Positions 48,063 to 57,150 of a DNA stretch of 64,000 nt are shown here, in pieces (the first letter of the stretch is position 1; each line of letters opens with the position of its first letter). A program made the translations under genes and the position numbers. The notes under the pieces were generated by a model. The model saw only the letters and a list, made by a program, of their open reading frames with translations. It ran no database searches and was not told where the DNA came from. This DNA is from Candidatus Moraniibacteriota bacterium (GTDB lineage Bacteria > Patescibacteriota > Minisyncoccia > Moranbacterales > UBA1568): assembly GCA_018061645.1 (NCBI GenBank), contig JAGOTT010000005.1:581-64580 (forward strand). Reading direction: 5' to 3'.

Positions 48063-48554
48063 ATGCCCAAGTATCTGCTTGCCCTGCTGTTCGTTTCCCT
48101 ATGCATCCCTTCGGCATACGCCGCTCCGGGGAATTCGTCCGCCGGACGGTATTTCACCCTCCGGGACCACGTCGAGAAATCTACGCCGATCGAAAAGCAT
48201 TTCCGCCATCCGGGAACCGGTATGACCGTGCGGCTCTCGACCGTTTTCTGGAACGATTCCGAAAACGAGAACTGGTCCGCATACCGCGAATTCACGTACT
48301 TCGAAGTACAGCTCCGGAAACGTGGGTTCGTGCGGGATCATCGACCGGCCTGCGAATGGGCGGAAACGAACCGGTCAAGCCCGACGCACTGCTCCATCGA
48401 GGGCCAGGTATACGACGAAGCGGAACGGAAAACCGTCACCGTCGTCGAATGCAACGGCCGCGACGGAAGACGATTCGACGCGAACTGGGAAGGCAGTCCC
48501 GGAAGCGCCGTTCATTTCTTCGACAACGAACGTCGCGGCATCATGGGAAGATGA
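48063..48554 (+). CDS. hypothetical secreted protein
   Basis: Signal peptide MPKYLLALLFVSLCIPSAYA; AAGGAG SD. Confidence 0.55.
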   Translation: MPKYLLALLFVSLCIPSAYAAPGNSSAGRYFTLRDHVEKSTPIEKHFRHPGTGMTVRLSTVFWNDSENENWSAYREFTYFEVQLRKRGFVRDHRPACEWAETNRSSPTHCSIEGQVYDEAERKTVTVVECNGRDGRRFDANWEGSPGSAVHFFDNERRGIMGR

Positions 48555-48570
48555 ATGCTGCCGAAAGAAC

Positions 48571-48610
48571 TCCCGACTGATACGTCAGCGGGAGTTTTTC
48601 TTTTTTTCCA
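48571..48610. terminator. bidirectional terminator (CTCCCGACTGA...TCAGCGGGAG followed by T-run)
   Basis: Sits between convergent genes. Confidence 0.6.
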
Positions 48611-49322
48611 GGAGGATTTTCCAGAGAAATACCGCGGTCGCGTTCCAGATACGTCCGGCGCGGCGCGGTTCGCGTATGAGGCGCCACAGCCATTCGAGAC
48701 CGACCGCGCGCAGCCATCCCGGCGCGCGCTTCCTTTTCCCTGTGAGGAAATCGAACGCGCCGCCGACGCCCATCCCCAACCGCGATGGAATTCCCTCTTT
48801 TCTCAGTCCTTCCAAAAAATATTCCTGTTCTGGAGCACCGAAATTACACAGGAGGATGCATGATGCATGATGCATGATGAACGAGGCTCCTTCGCATGAT
48901 TCCCATCCTCCGTTCTTCATTCTCCATTCGTTCCCACCGACGATAAGCCCCGGAAATATTTTCAAAAGCACGTTCCTGATTTCCGAAAACGAGCTCAAGC
49001 CGTCTTCCCTGACCGCGAGAAAAACCGGAAGCCGCCTCCGCTCCGCTTTGGCGAGGATATATCCCAGAAGATCCGCCCCTGGATACCGCGTGATTCGCCG
49101 ACCCGAAAGAAGACTCACGAGCACGACACCGGACCCGTCCGCGACACGCAGATCGGCCGATCGCAGGGATCGTCGGAATTCCGGGTTCCGATCCGCCTCG
49201 ACGAGAAATTCCGGATTCACCGTCGCGACACGATGAAAAGCATCTTCCCGCAAAAAATAATCCACTCTTTCATGGATTTCATCACGTGAAGATTCATCGA
49301 TATCGATGCCGAGAATGTTCAT
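48585..49322 (-). CDS. WecB/TagA/CpsF-family glycosyltransferase
   Basis: TVNPEF...NFGAPEQE family motifs; contains an internal heptamer repeat tract. Confidence 0.8.
   Translation of the reverse strand: MNILGIDIDESSRDEIHERVDYFLREDAFHRVATVNPEFLVEADRNPEFRRSLRSADLRVADGSGVVLVSLLSGRRITRYPGADLLGYILAKAERRRLPVFLAVREDGLSSFSEIRNVLLKIFPGLIVGGNEWRMKNGGWESCEGASFIMHHASCILLCNFGAPEQEYFLEGLRKEGIPSRLGMGVGGAFDFLTGKRKRAPGWLRAVGLEWLWRLIREPRRAGRIWNATAVFLWKILLEKKKNSR
48857..48877. repeat. (ATGCATG)x3 heptanucleotide tandem repeat inside the WecB/TagA gene
   Basis: Encodes IMHHASC in frame. Confidence 0.8.
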
Positions 49323-49337
49323 GCCGCGTAAAGACTG

Positions 49338-49362
49338 GATTCTTCGCTTCGCTCAGAATGAC
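49338..49362. repeat. 25-nt hairpin repeat family, copy d (GATTCTTCGCTTCGCTCAGAATGAC)
   Basis: 16 nt upstream of the wecB/tagA start. Confidence 0.6.
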
Positions 49363-49376
49363 AGATTCTATAGCTT

Positions 49377-49937
49377 TCAATCAATGATTCCCAGTGGGAA
49401 TTCCTCCATCGGGAGATACTGCCGGTTCACGCCGGATGAAACGCTCTCGAAGAGTACGACCGACGACACCGGCTCCGAAAACGCTACTGGCGTCGGGAAT
49501 GCCGGCTTCGACTCGGGCGGCAGCGCGTTCCACAGATTCCGACGGATACGGGCGAGTGTCACATGCGGACGGAAACTCTTGTTCTCGGCGAGTTTTTCGG
49601 AGAACGCGCGCTCGAACGCCGTGCGAAGGAGACGGAGCTCCTCGCAGGGCTCACCGGACAGCCAGATCATCTTCGGGTCATCGCTTTCCGGCGCAAGCTC
49701 GATTCCGGAAAACAGCATATCGAAAGGTTCGACGCCGGCGCACGCTTCGCGGGCCGCTTCGGAAATATCGGCGATCGCCTCCGGCTTCACAAATCCGAGA
49801 AAGAGCACGGTCACATGCAGGTTGTCCGGACGCGTCAGGAAAAGCGGGTATTTCTCCCACTCCTTGGCATCCTGCGCGAGGCGCTTCCGAAGCCTACCGG
49901 AAAGCGGTATGCCGAAAAAAAGCTTGTGTTCATTCAT
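49377..49937 (-). CDS. thpR: RNA 2',3'-cyclic phosphodiesterase (2H phosphoesterase, ThpR/LigT)
   Basis: Two H-x-T-x motifs (LHVTVLFLG, PHVTLARI); the ATG at 49935-49937 is taken as the start. Confidence 0.7.
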   Translation of the reverse strand: MNEHKLFFGIPLSGRLRKRLAQDAKEWEKYPLFLTRPDNLHVTVLFLGFVKPEAIADISEAAREACAGVEPFDMLFSGIELAPESDDPKMIWLSGEPCEELRLLRTAFERAFSEKLAENKSFRPHVTLARIRRNLWNALPPESKPAFPTPVAFSEPVSSVVLFESVSSGVNRQYLPMEEFPLGIID

Positions 49938-50016
49938 ATGGAAATCGTTCACATCGAGTGTAGCAAAGGAGAGGAAAAAGGCAACAAAAAACCGGCCTCC
50001 ATTCGAAAGCCGGCAA

Positions 50017-50352
50017 TCACGCATCCTCATGGTTGATGCCGTGAATGTATTCGCTTGTCTCTTCCCGGAAAAAATCCGCGTACCCCTCGATGTCGTTTTC
50101 CTGTCCGAACAGACTGAGCCGATAATACATCTCATCGGAATACGGGAACAGGTCGCCGTCGTTCCCCCACGGATACGCTCCCTTCCTGAGAGGTATCCCG
50201 TGTTCCGTGTACGCCGAGGCGTCCTCCGAGAATTCGTACGGATCCCTCGGATCGTCCGTCTCATCCGATATATCGGTGGGATCGAATATCCGGATACGGA
50301 GCACGGACAGTTTCCGATGTCGAACCGTGACCAGGATATAGTCGAACATCAT
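50017..50352 (-). CDS. hypothetical protein
   Basis: 111 aa; AAAGGAGA SD. Confidence 0.45.
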   Translation of the reverse strand: MMFDYILVTVRHRKLSVLRIRIFDPTDISDETDDPRDPYEFSEDASAYTEHGIPLRKGAYPWGNDGDLFPYSDEMYYRLSLFGQENDIEGYADFFREETSEYIHGINHEDA

Positions 50353-50459
50353 GACAAGTCTCCTTTTCCGAAAGAACCGGATTCACTTTCCCACCGGTTT
50401 CCGATTTTGTCAAAAAAAACCGAGGAATCACATGATCCCCCGGTGGACATCGAAGCGGG

Positions 50460-50924
50460 CTAGGCGAGCTGATGATACGCCGTGGCGCCGAGAACACCCG
50501 GACGCTGAACCCTCCTCGTGTTCACGACAGAAGAAACGAGCCACTCCGGAACCGGTCGGCCGATAGCCGCATAGAACTTCGCGACGGCGTCATCCCCGAC
50601 GAGGATGCCGTTGAGCTCCGCGAACCGCTCCGGAGAAAACTCGAAGAAGAAGGTCGAGTCCACCGCCCGTTCGGACGAACGATGACCGACGACGATCCGC
50701 TCCTCATGCGGGACGAGCGCGCCATACGGAGTCACCTCGACCGAGAAGTACGTGTCAGCGCTTTTATCACCGACTTCTTCCAGAACGACCTTGCCGGCCG
50801 TGAAGAGCATCACCGAAATGTGCGGTTTCGGCTCGTCGATAGCCTTGACCAGGATATATTGTTGCCCCTGGCAGACGGCTCCGGCCGCGGTGTAATTGAG
50901 CGGTTGAAACAGATCTTGCTTCAT
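50460..50924 (-). CDS. hypothetical protein
   Basis: 154 aa; AAAGGGGA SD. Confidence 0.45.
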   Translation of the reverse strand: MKQDLFQPLNYTAAGAVCQGQQYILVKAIDEPKPHISVMLFTAGKVVLEEVGDKSADTYFSVEVTPYGALVPHEERIVVGHRSSERAVDSTFFFEFSPERFAELNGILVGDDAVAKFYAAIGRPVPEWLVSSVVNTRRVQRPGVLGATAYHQLA

Positions 50925-51048
50925 GCATTTTCCCCTTTCAAGGTACGAAAAACGTTTTCCACCATGGAAAACGACTCGTTACATGATAGCATAAAAATGA
51001 GATATTGTCAATATATCGCCCGATCGATCCGGTTGCTAGAATGGAGGC

Positions 51049-53016
51049 ATGAAAAAAGCGAAAAAGACATCATCCTTTCTCTGCGATATCGCACCGCTCG
51101 TCCCGCTGCCCTTCGGTCGGCGGGATACGTATTCGTATCTCTCGACAGAAGCGGTTCCGGCGGGGTCGCTCGTGTCCATTCCCTTCGGACCGAGGGAGAT
51201 CCGCGGAGTCGTCCTGTCCTGCGACGAGATCCTTCCGAAACAGGAAAGAAGCGGCTGTCTCAAGAAGATCGTCGGCATCATCGAATCGTCGTTCCTCACG
51301 GAAGAACAGATCCTGCTTGCACGAGCGATATCCGAAGAGTGTCTCACTCCGCTCGGAAAAACCCTCCGGCATTTTCTCCCGATCCGTACGAAAGAGCGGG
51401 CGACCAATATCCCGAAAGCAGAAAAGTCTTCCTTTCGGCTCGATAAGGATGAAAAGATCGCGGTCGAGGACATAACGAAATGCACGAAACCCGTTTTTCT
51501 CGAAGCCTCCCGAGAGAAAACGCTTCGGATCCTCGCCGGAATGATGCGAAAGCTTCCGAAGACCTCGCAGATCCTGATACTCGTTCCGGAACGGATCGCA
51601 CTCCCGGGAGCGGAACGATTCTTCTCGTCCGTCTTCGGCGCAGATCAAGTCGCCGTCCTTTCAAGCTCGGTTTCTCAAGGCGCGTTTTTCACCTCCTGGG
51701 AAAGGATCCGTTCGGGAGATGCGCGCGTCGTCGTCGGCACACGGCAGACTCTCTTCGCTCCGTTCCGGAAACTCGGTCTCGTCGCCGTGCTCGAAGAGAG
51801 CGAAACGCTCGGATACAAGCAATGGGACATGAGCCCCCGGTACGATGCGCGGAAAGTGGTGGAAACGCTCGCATCCCTTCATGGCGCCCGGCTGATCCTT
51901 TCCGGCGAAACCGAGAGTGAAACGACGCGATTCAGGGAAGAACGGAAGGAAATCCGACATGTCATCGCGAAGCGAAAGACCACGATACTCCCCTCATCCC
52001 CGAGAATCGACCTCGTGAACATGCGCGAGGAGCGTTTCAGAAAAAACTACTCCCTTCTCTCCGCGGAGGTGAAAACGGCCATCGGCACCATGAAAGCGGG
52101 AGGATTCCGGACGATGCTCATCGTGAGCCGCTCCGGTCTCGACCGGTTTTCCGTCTGCGAAGAATGCAAGACCGTCCCACGATGCCCGGACTGCGACCGC
52201 GCGCTCCGCTCCACCCGCGAGGGCCACTTCCGATGCGGAACCTGCTCCTTCAAAACGACCACCTTCCCCCGCTGCGTTTCCTGCGGATCGCTCTCATTCA
52301 AAAATATCGGCGGCGGGACGGAGAAGATCGAGCAGGAGCTGCGACGGCATTCCCCGGGACTGAAGATCGCACGCATCGACGAACGCGCATTGCGGAACCC
52401 GCGATCGGAGACGCCGCTCTTCGAAGCCGCATGTGCCGCGGACGTCATCGTCGGAACACCGTCCGTGCTGAACATCGGAACATTGCCGAAAATCGGTCTC
52501 GTCGCTATACTGGATACGGACAATATCCTCTCCTTCCCGGATTTCCAGGCGGATGAACGGTTCGTGCGCATGGTGCGACGCGGCGCGCTCCTGGTCGCCG
52601 GGATCGGAAAAGGATCGGTCATCATACAGACTTTCCGACCGGAGCAGGAACTCCTTCGCAATCTCCGGGATGGCACGGAACGGGCAACGCTTGACCGTGC
52701 GCTCGAGGATCGGAAAATCCTTCGGTATCCGCCGTTTTTCTCGCTCTTCCGCATCGGATTCCGCGCGCGGGAGGAGAAGGCCGCATGCATGTCCGCCGAA
52801 GAAACCCGGGCACTTTTCCTGGAAAAGGAACTTGCGATCGGAGATATCCGCATCTCTCCCGTACGGAAACCGCTCTCGCCGAAGACGCGGGGGAAATACG
52901 AACGATTCATCGTCGTCTCGCTACCGGCCGGAATGCCGTTTCCCGCGATGCTCCGCGATGTCCTCTCGAAACGCTCCGATTGGACATTCGACCCGGATCC
53001 GCTTTCACTCATATGA
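51049..53016 (+). CDS. priA: primosomal protein N' (PriA) with degenerate Walker A and DExH motifs
   Basis: 3' DNA-binding domain plus helicase core with Cys-rich region (CEECK...CPDC...CGTC...CVSC); Walker A reads FLEASREKT and motif II reads VLEES. Confidence 0.8.
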   Translation: MKKAKKTSSFLCDIAPLVPLPFGRRDTYSYLSTEAVPAGSLVSIPFGPREIRGVVLSCDEILPKQERSGCLKKIVGIIESSFLTEEQILLARAISEECLTPLGKTLRHFLPIRTKERATNIPKAEKSSFRLDKDEKIAVEDITKCTKPVFLEASREKTLRILAGMMRKLPKTSQILILVPERIALPGAERFFSSVFGADQVAVLSSSVSQGAFFTSWERIRSGDARVVVGTRQTLFAPFRKLGLVAVLEESETLGYKQWDMSPRYDARKVVETLASLHGARLILSGETESETTRFREERKEIRHVIAKRKTTILPSSPRIDLVNMREERFRKNYSLLSAEVKTAIGTMKAGGFRTMLIVSRSGLDRFSVCEECKTVPRCPDCDRALRSTREGHFRCGTCSFKTTTFPRCVSCGSLSFKNIGGGTEKIEQELRRHSPGLKIARIDERALRNPRSETPLFEAACAADVIVGTPSVLNIGTLPKIGLVAILDTDNILSFPDFQADERFVRMVRRGALLVAGIGKGSVIIQTFRPEQELLRNLRDGTERATLDRALEDRKILRYPPFFSLFRIGFRAREEKAACMSAEETRALFLEKELAIGDIRISPVRKPLSPKTRGKYERFIVVSLPAGMPFPAMLRDVLSKRSDWTFDPDPLSLI

Positions 53017-53498
53017 TTCTCAAGACCATGCTCCCCATCGTCACCGGAGAACACCAGGAAGTGCTTCACCGACACGCCGCCCGCGTGGCCTATCCCACCA
53101 CGCCCGAAATGCGCGCGCTCATTCCCGAAATGATCGAAGTCATGCGGAAAGCAGACGGCGTCGGACTGGCCGCCCCGCAGATCGGGAAATCCATCAGTCT
53201 CTGCGTCATCGAGATAAACGGCATCGTATCAGCATATTTCAACCCGAAAATAGTCACCGCATCCGAAGAGAAGGTGATCTTCGAAGAAGGCTGTCTCTCT
53301 CTTCCTGGCGAATTCTTTCCGATCGAACGACACGAGAAAATAACCATCAGATATGACGACATCTCCGGAAAATCCCGGAAATTGACCGCGACCGGATTCA
53401 TGGCCATCGTTCTCCAACACGAAATCGACCATCTCGAGGGAACACTCATCATCGATCGATACCGTAAGCAGGATAACAAAAACACCTATGCCCTTTGA
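53013..53498 (+). CDS. def: peptide deformylase
   Basis: GVGLAAPQIG, EGCLS and HEIDHL motifs; the start overlaps the priA stop. Confidence 0.9.
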   Translation: MILKTMLPIVTGEHQEVLHRHAARVAYPTTPEMRALIPEMIEVMRKADGVGLAAPQIGKSISLCVIEINGIVSAYFNPKIVTASEEKVIFEEGCLSLPGEFFPIERHEKITIRYDDISGKSRKLTATGFMAIVLQHEIDHLEGTLIIDRYRKQDNKNTYAL

Positions 53499-53556
53499 CG
53501 CCTTCAGGAAATACCTCAATTATCGTGCCACGCCCGGGATCACTCCGAAGATACGA

Positions 53557-54495
53557 ATGGTTTTCATGGGAACACCCGAGTTCGCGGCCGTCATGCTCCG
53601 CGCGCTTCTCGAGAAGGAATACAATATCGTCGCCGTCTTCGCGCAGCCGGACCGGCCGGCCGGGCGGAAACAGGAACTCACCGCCCCACCGGTGAAAGCG
53701 ATCGCCGTATCGGCAGGCATACCGGTGGAACAACCGGATCGGCTCGATGATGATGCCATAACGAAAATCCGCGCATTCAAACCGGATCTCATCGTCGTCG
53801 CGGCATACGGAAAAATCCTCCCGAAAGAGATACTCGAGATACCGGGGTTCGGATGCGTGAACGTCCACGCATCGCTTCTCCCCCGATGGCGCGGCGCCTC
53901 TCCCGTGCAGAACGCACTCATCGAAGGCGACGGGGAAACCGGAGTTTCCATCATGCTCATGGACGAAGGGATGGATACTGGAGCCATCCTCTCGCAACAA
54001 TCGCTCGCGATCGCCCCGGAAGACACCTCTGAAACGCTCCTCAATCGACTCGGAGATCTGGGTTCGGCTCTCCTTCTCGAAACGCTTCCCTTGTGGATCA
54101 GGAAGAAGATCGAGCCGAGAGAGCAGGATTCCTCCCTCGCGACAATCTGCCAGCTCATCGAGCGCGAAGACGGACGCATCTTCTGGAACGAGAGCGCGGA
54201 AGCGATCTGGAACCGCTATCGCGGATTATCGCCATGGCCCGGTGTGTTCACGTTTTGGAAACGGACCGATGGCGAGTTCGTACGGCTCAAACTCGAAAAA
54301 ATTTCGGCGCAGAAAACGGATCCCGCGACCAAACACCGATTTGGAGCGGTCTTCGAAACCGGCGAACATGTCGCGATACGCACCGGAAAGGGACTCATAC
54401 TCATCGATGAGATCCAACCGTCAGGAAAGGAACGCATGTCCGCGCGGGATTTCGTAAACGGTCACCCGGACTTCATCGGGAGCGTTCTCGAGTAG
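53557..54495 (+). CDS. fmt: methionyl-tRNA formyltransferase
   Basis: MVFMGTPEFA...HASLLPRWRGASP; N- and C-terminal Fmt domains; start may alternatively be 53488. Confidence 0.9.
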   Translation: MVFMGTPEFAAVMLRALLEKEYNIVAVFAQPDRPAGRKQELTAPPVKAIAVSAGIPVEQPDRLDDDAITKIRAFKPDLIVVAAYGKILPKEILEIPGFGCVNVHASLLPRWRGASPVQNALIEGDGETGVSIMLMDEGMDTGAILSQQSLAIAPEDTSETLLNRLGDLGSALLLETLPLWIRKKIEPREQDSSLATICQLIEREDGRIFWNESAEAIWNRYRGLSPWPGVFTFWKRTDGEFVRLKLEKISAQKTDPATKHRFGAVFETGEHVAIRTGKGLILIDEIQPSGKERMSARDFVNGHPDFIGSVLE

Positions 54496-54531
54496 GGCAC
54501 GACATCGAAAAGTGCTATACTGGAAGTATCA

Positions 54532-55368
54532 ATGGTCCGTAAAAACAAACCTATGACACAGCAGCCGTTTTCGCGACAGGACATGACCGCTCTTCTCGTC
54601 GGGTTCGGGCTCATGGTTTCCGTCGTCGTCTTTTTCGCGGTCAGGAACACCACTGAAGACGGCACGGAAGAGACGGCCGCGATCGGGACGGAGTCCGCGT
54701 CCGCGCTCCCGACCATCGCGCCCGATGAGGCGAGGAGGAAGCTTCTTTCGAAGACGCCGGTCAGGATCGTCGATATCCGTTCCGAAACCGAATATCAGGC
54801 GTCACACATCCCCGATTCCGTTTCCATGCCCGCCGAAAAACTTTCAGAATATTTTCCGGCTGTCGAGGGGGAAGAAATACTCGTGGTTCCCGCCCGGAAC
54901 GAAGCCGTCTCCATGAAAGCCTCGGAGATTTTCTCACAGAAGAAGACCGGCCATGTCTTCATCGAGGGGGGCGTCATCGCCTGGGAACAGGCCGGCGGAC
55001 AGATCGTCTCCTTCGGCAACCCGTCGTCCCCGACCGATCGATCGAAGGTCGCTCTCATCCAGGCCGAGGATTTCCGGAAAGCGGTCGAGGATCGTGAAAC
55101 GATTCATGCCATCGTCGATGTCCGAAGCAGGGAAGCGTTCACGAAATCGCACATTCCCGAAGCCATGAATATTCCCCTTCCGGAACTCGAACGTCGAAGG
55201 ACGGAGATACCGCCGGCAACCAACATCGCGCTCTATGCAGAAACGGAACTCGAGGCTTTTCAGGCGGCCGTACGCCTCTTCGATTTCGGTATGTTCTCGG
55301 TAAAGACGCTCGCCGTCGGATATCCGGAGTGGGAGGCGAAAGGAATGCCGACAGAAAAATCCAAATGA
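54532..55368 (+). CDS. membrane-anchored tandem rhodanese-homology-domain protein (no catalytic Cys)
   Basis: Two rhodanese-like folds; neither active-site loop contains Cys. Confidence 0.65.
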   Translation: MVRKNKPMTQQPFSRQDMTALLVGFGLMVSVVVFFAVRNTTEDGTEETAAIGTESASALPTIAPDEARRKLLSKTPVRIVDIRSETEYQASHIPDSVSMPAEKLSEYFPAVEGEEILVVPARNEAVSMKASEIFSQKKTGHVFIEGGVIAWEQAGGQIVSFGNPSSPTDRSKVALIQAEDFRKAVEDRETIHAIVDVRSREAFTKSHIPEAMNIPLPELERRRTEIPPATNIALYAETELEAFQAAVRLFDFGMFSVKTLAVGYPEWEAKGMPTEKSK

Positions 55369-55385
55369 CGGATTCCAAATGACAA

Positions 55386-55414
55386 AAAAATCCCCGCTTA
55401 TCACGGGGATTTTT
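55386..55414. terminator. bidirectional terminator (ATCCCCG...CGGGGAT followed by T-run)
   Basis: Sits between convergent genes. Confidence 0.6.
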
Positions 55415-55428
55415 AATACTTCCATCTC

Positions 55429-55707
55429 CTATTTCTCGATCACCGCGAGCACATCCTTCACGCCGACGATGAGATGATCCTCTCCGTCGATCTTCACCTC
55501 GGTACCGCCGTACCGGGTATAGATGACGGTCTGACCCTTCTTCACCTTGATCTTCTCACCGTCTCCGGTCGCGATCACGCGCCCCTGGCTCGGGCGTTCC
55601 TCGCTCGCATTATCCGGAAGGTAGATTCCGGCATCGGTCTTTTTCTCGGCTTTTTCCGGACGAATAAGTATGTTTTCGCCCAAAGGCCGGACGATCGTCT
55701 TCGCCAT
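55429..55707 (-). CDS. groES: co-chaperonin GroES
   Basis: 92 aa; MAKTIVRPLGENILIRP...; no groEL follows on the same strand in this window. Confidence 0.9.
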   Translation of the reverse strand: MAKTIVRPLGENILIRPEKAEKKTDAGIYLPDNASEERPSQGRVIATGDGEKIKVKKGQTVIYTRYGGTEVKIDGEDHLIVGVKDVLAVIEK

Positions 55708-55739
55708 ATGCTTTTCGTTAACTGATTACCACACGTTCC

Positions 55740-55778
55740 AGTATAGAAAGACTGGCACTCGATGTCAACAACTGCCAG
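55740..55778 (-). promoter_or_regulatory. CIRCE-like operator overlapping the groES promoter
   Basis: In minus sense CTGGCAGTT-N9-GAGTGCCAG; TTGACA lies in the spacer with an 18-bp gap to TATACT. This is the same architecture as at hrcA. Confidence 0.6.
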
Positions 55779-55850
55779 AAATCCGCGGACTCAGACCACG
55801 AACCCTTGTTCTGCCGTCTATTTTCCTCGTTCGGCTTGTCTTGTTCCCCG

Positions 55851-57146
55851 CTATCTGCTCCCTGATGTCAGCAGCTCCACCGACTTGTCCATCTGCGGAT
55901 CACGATCGTTCGTGATGTCATCGATCGTGATGCCGACCTCCTCATCGGGGGCGATACCTTGTTCGTTGATCTGATGTCCCTCCGGCGTAAGCCACCGCGC
56001 AACGGTGATCTTGACCGACATCGTCTTTCCGACCGGAACGAGCTCCTGGACGGATCCCTTCCCATATGATTTCTTACCGACGAGCGTCACGTTGTCGCGA
56101 TTCTCCCGCAACGCACCCGCAAGAATTTCTGAAGCGGAGGCGCTCCCCTCGTCGATCAGGACGACGGTCGGGATTCCGGACAGCCGATCCCCGCCACGCG
56201 TCTTCTCTTCGCGACGATCGCCCTTCCCGTTTTCCTCGATGACGACCGTCTTTCCGAAAGGAATCATGAGACTCGCCATATCCACGGCCGCGTCCAGAAG
56301 TCCGCCCGGATTGCTTCGCAGATCAAGAACGACCCCTTTCGATCCCTTGTTCGCGATTTCCGAAACCGCACTCCGGAATTCCCGTTCGGTGTCGTCTCCG
56401 AACCGGCTCACCCGGAGAACGGCGATGTCGTCGTCACGGATCGTGAGTTTCACGCTTTTCACATTGATGACATCGCGCGTGACGGAAATCTCACGGGATT
56501 CCTCCTCGCCACTCCGGTAGATGGTCAGTTTCACCTCGGTACCCTTCGGACCGCGTATCTTCGATACCGCCTCCTCCAATTTATAACCCGAAGACGGCTC
56601 ACCGTCGATCTTGAGCACCTTGTCGTTCGGGCGAAGACCCGCGCGTTCGGACGGAGTTCCTTCAAGGGGAGCGATGATCGTAAGTATCTCGTCACGGATA
56701 CCCATTTCAGCCCCGATGCCTTCGAATTTTCCCGATATGTCCTCGTTGAATTCCTTCTGTTCCTTCGGATCGAAGAACGTGGTATACGGATCTCCCGTCG
56801 CCGCAAGCATCCCGTCGATCGCCCCATAGAACAGCTCCTGCGCATCGAGTGACGACCGATCGACGTACTTATCCTTAAGAATATCCCATACTTTCCAGAA
56901 AAGGGAGAAGTCGATGTTCGTATCCTTGGAATCCGTGTTCGAAAACATCGCCTCACTCGGAGAAAACGGCTGTCGACCTCCGTCCGACGACAGTTCGGAA
57001 CGGCCGCTGTCGACACCGAACTGGTACGAAAAATAAAGGGCGAGCGAGAAAAGGAACAGCTTGACGATTCTCCCGACGAGCCTGCGATTTTTCCGCTCGA
57101 GCGCCTCGATCGGCTCTTCCTGGACTGGTGTCTGTAGCATATCCAT
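55851..57146 (-). CDS. ctpA: carboxyl-terminal processing protease (S41, PDZ domain)
   Basis: PDZ domain plus S41 catalytic region (GGLLDAAVD...SASASEILAGAL...KGSVQ). Confidence 0.85.
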   Translation of the reverse strand: MDMLQTPVQEEPIEALERKNRRLVGRIVKLFLFSLALYFSYQFGVDSGRSELSSDGGRQPFSPSEAMFSNTDSKDTNIDFSLFWKVWDILKDKYVDRSSLDAQELFYGAIDGMLAATGDPYTTFFDPKEQKEFNEDISGKFEGIGAEMGIRDEILTIIAPLEGTPSERAGLRPNDKVLKIDGEPSSGYKLEEAVSKIRGPKGTEVKLTIYRSGEEESREISVTRDVINVKSVKLTIRDDDIAVLRVSRFGDDTEREFRSAVSEIANKGSKGVVLDLRSNPGGLLDAAVDMASLMIPFGKTVVIEENGKGDRREEKTRGGDRLSGIPTVVLIDEGSASASEILAGALRENRDNVTLVGKKSYGKGSVQELVPVGKTMSVKITVARWLTPEGHQINEQGIAPDEEVGITIDDITNDRDPQMDKSVELLTSGSR

Positions 57147-57150
57147 ATTT

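Noticed and set aside
46379-48295. gltX as a 638-aa protein starting at 48295
   Set aside because: GltX homology begins at MKQSRDEV (47935). The upstream 120 codons have no homology and overlap the divergent promoter of the 48063 gene.
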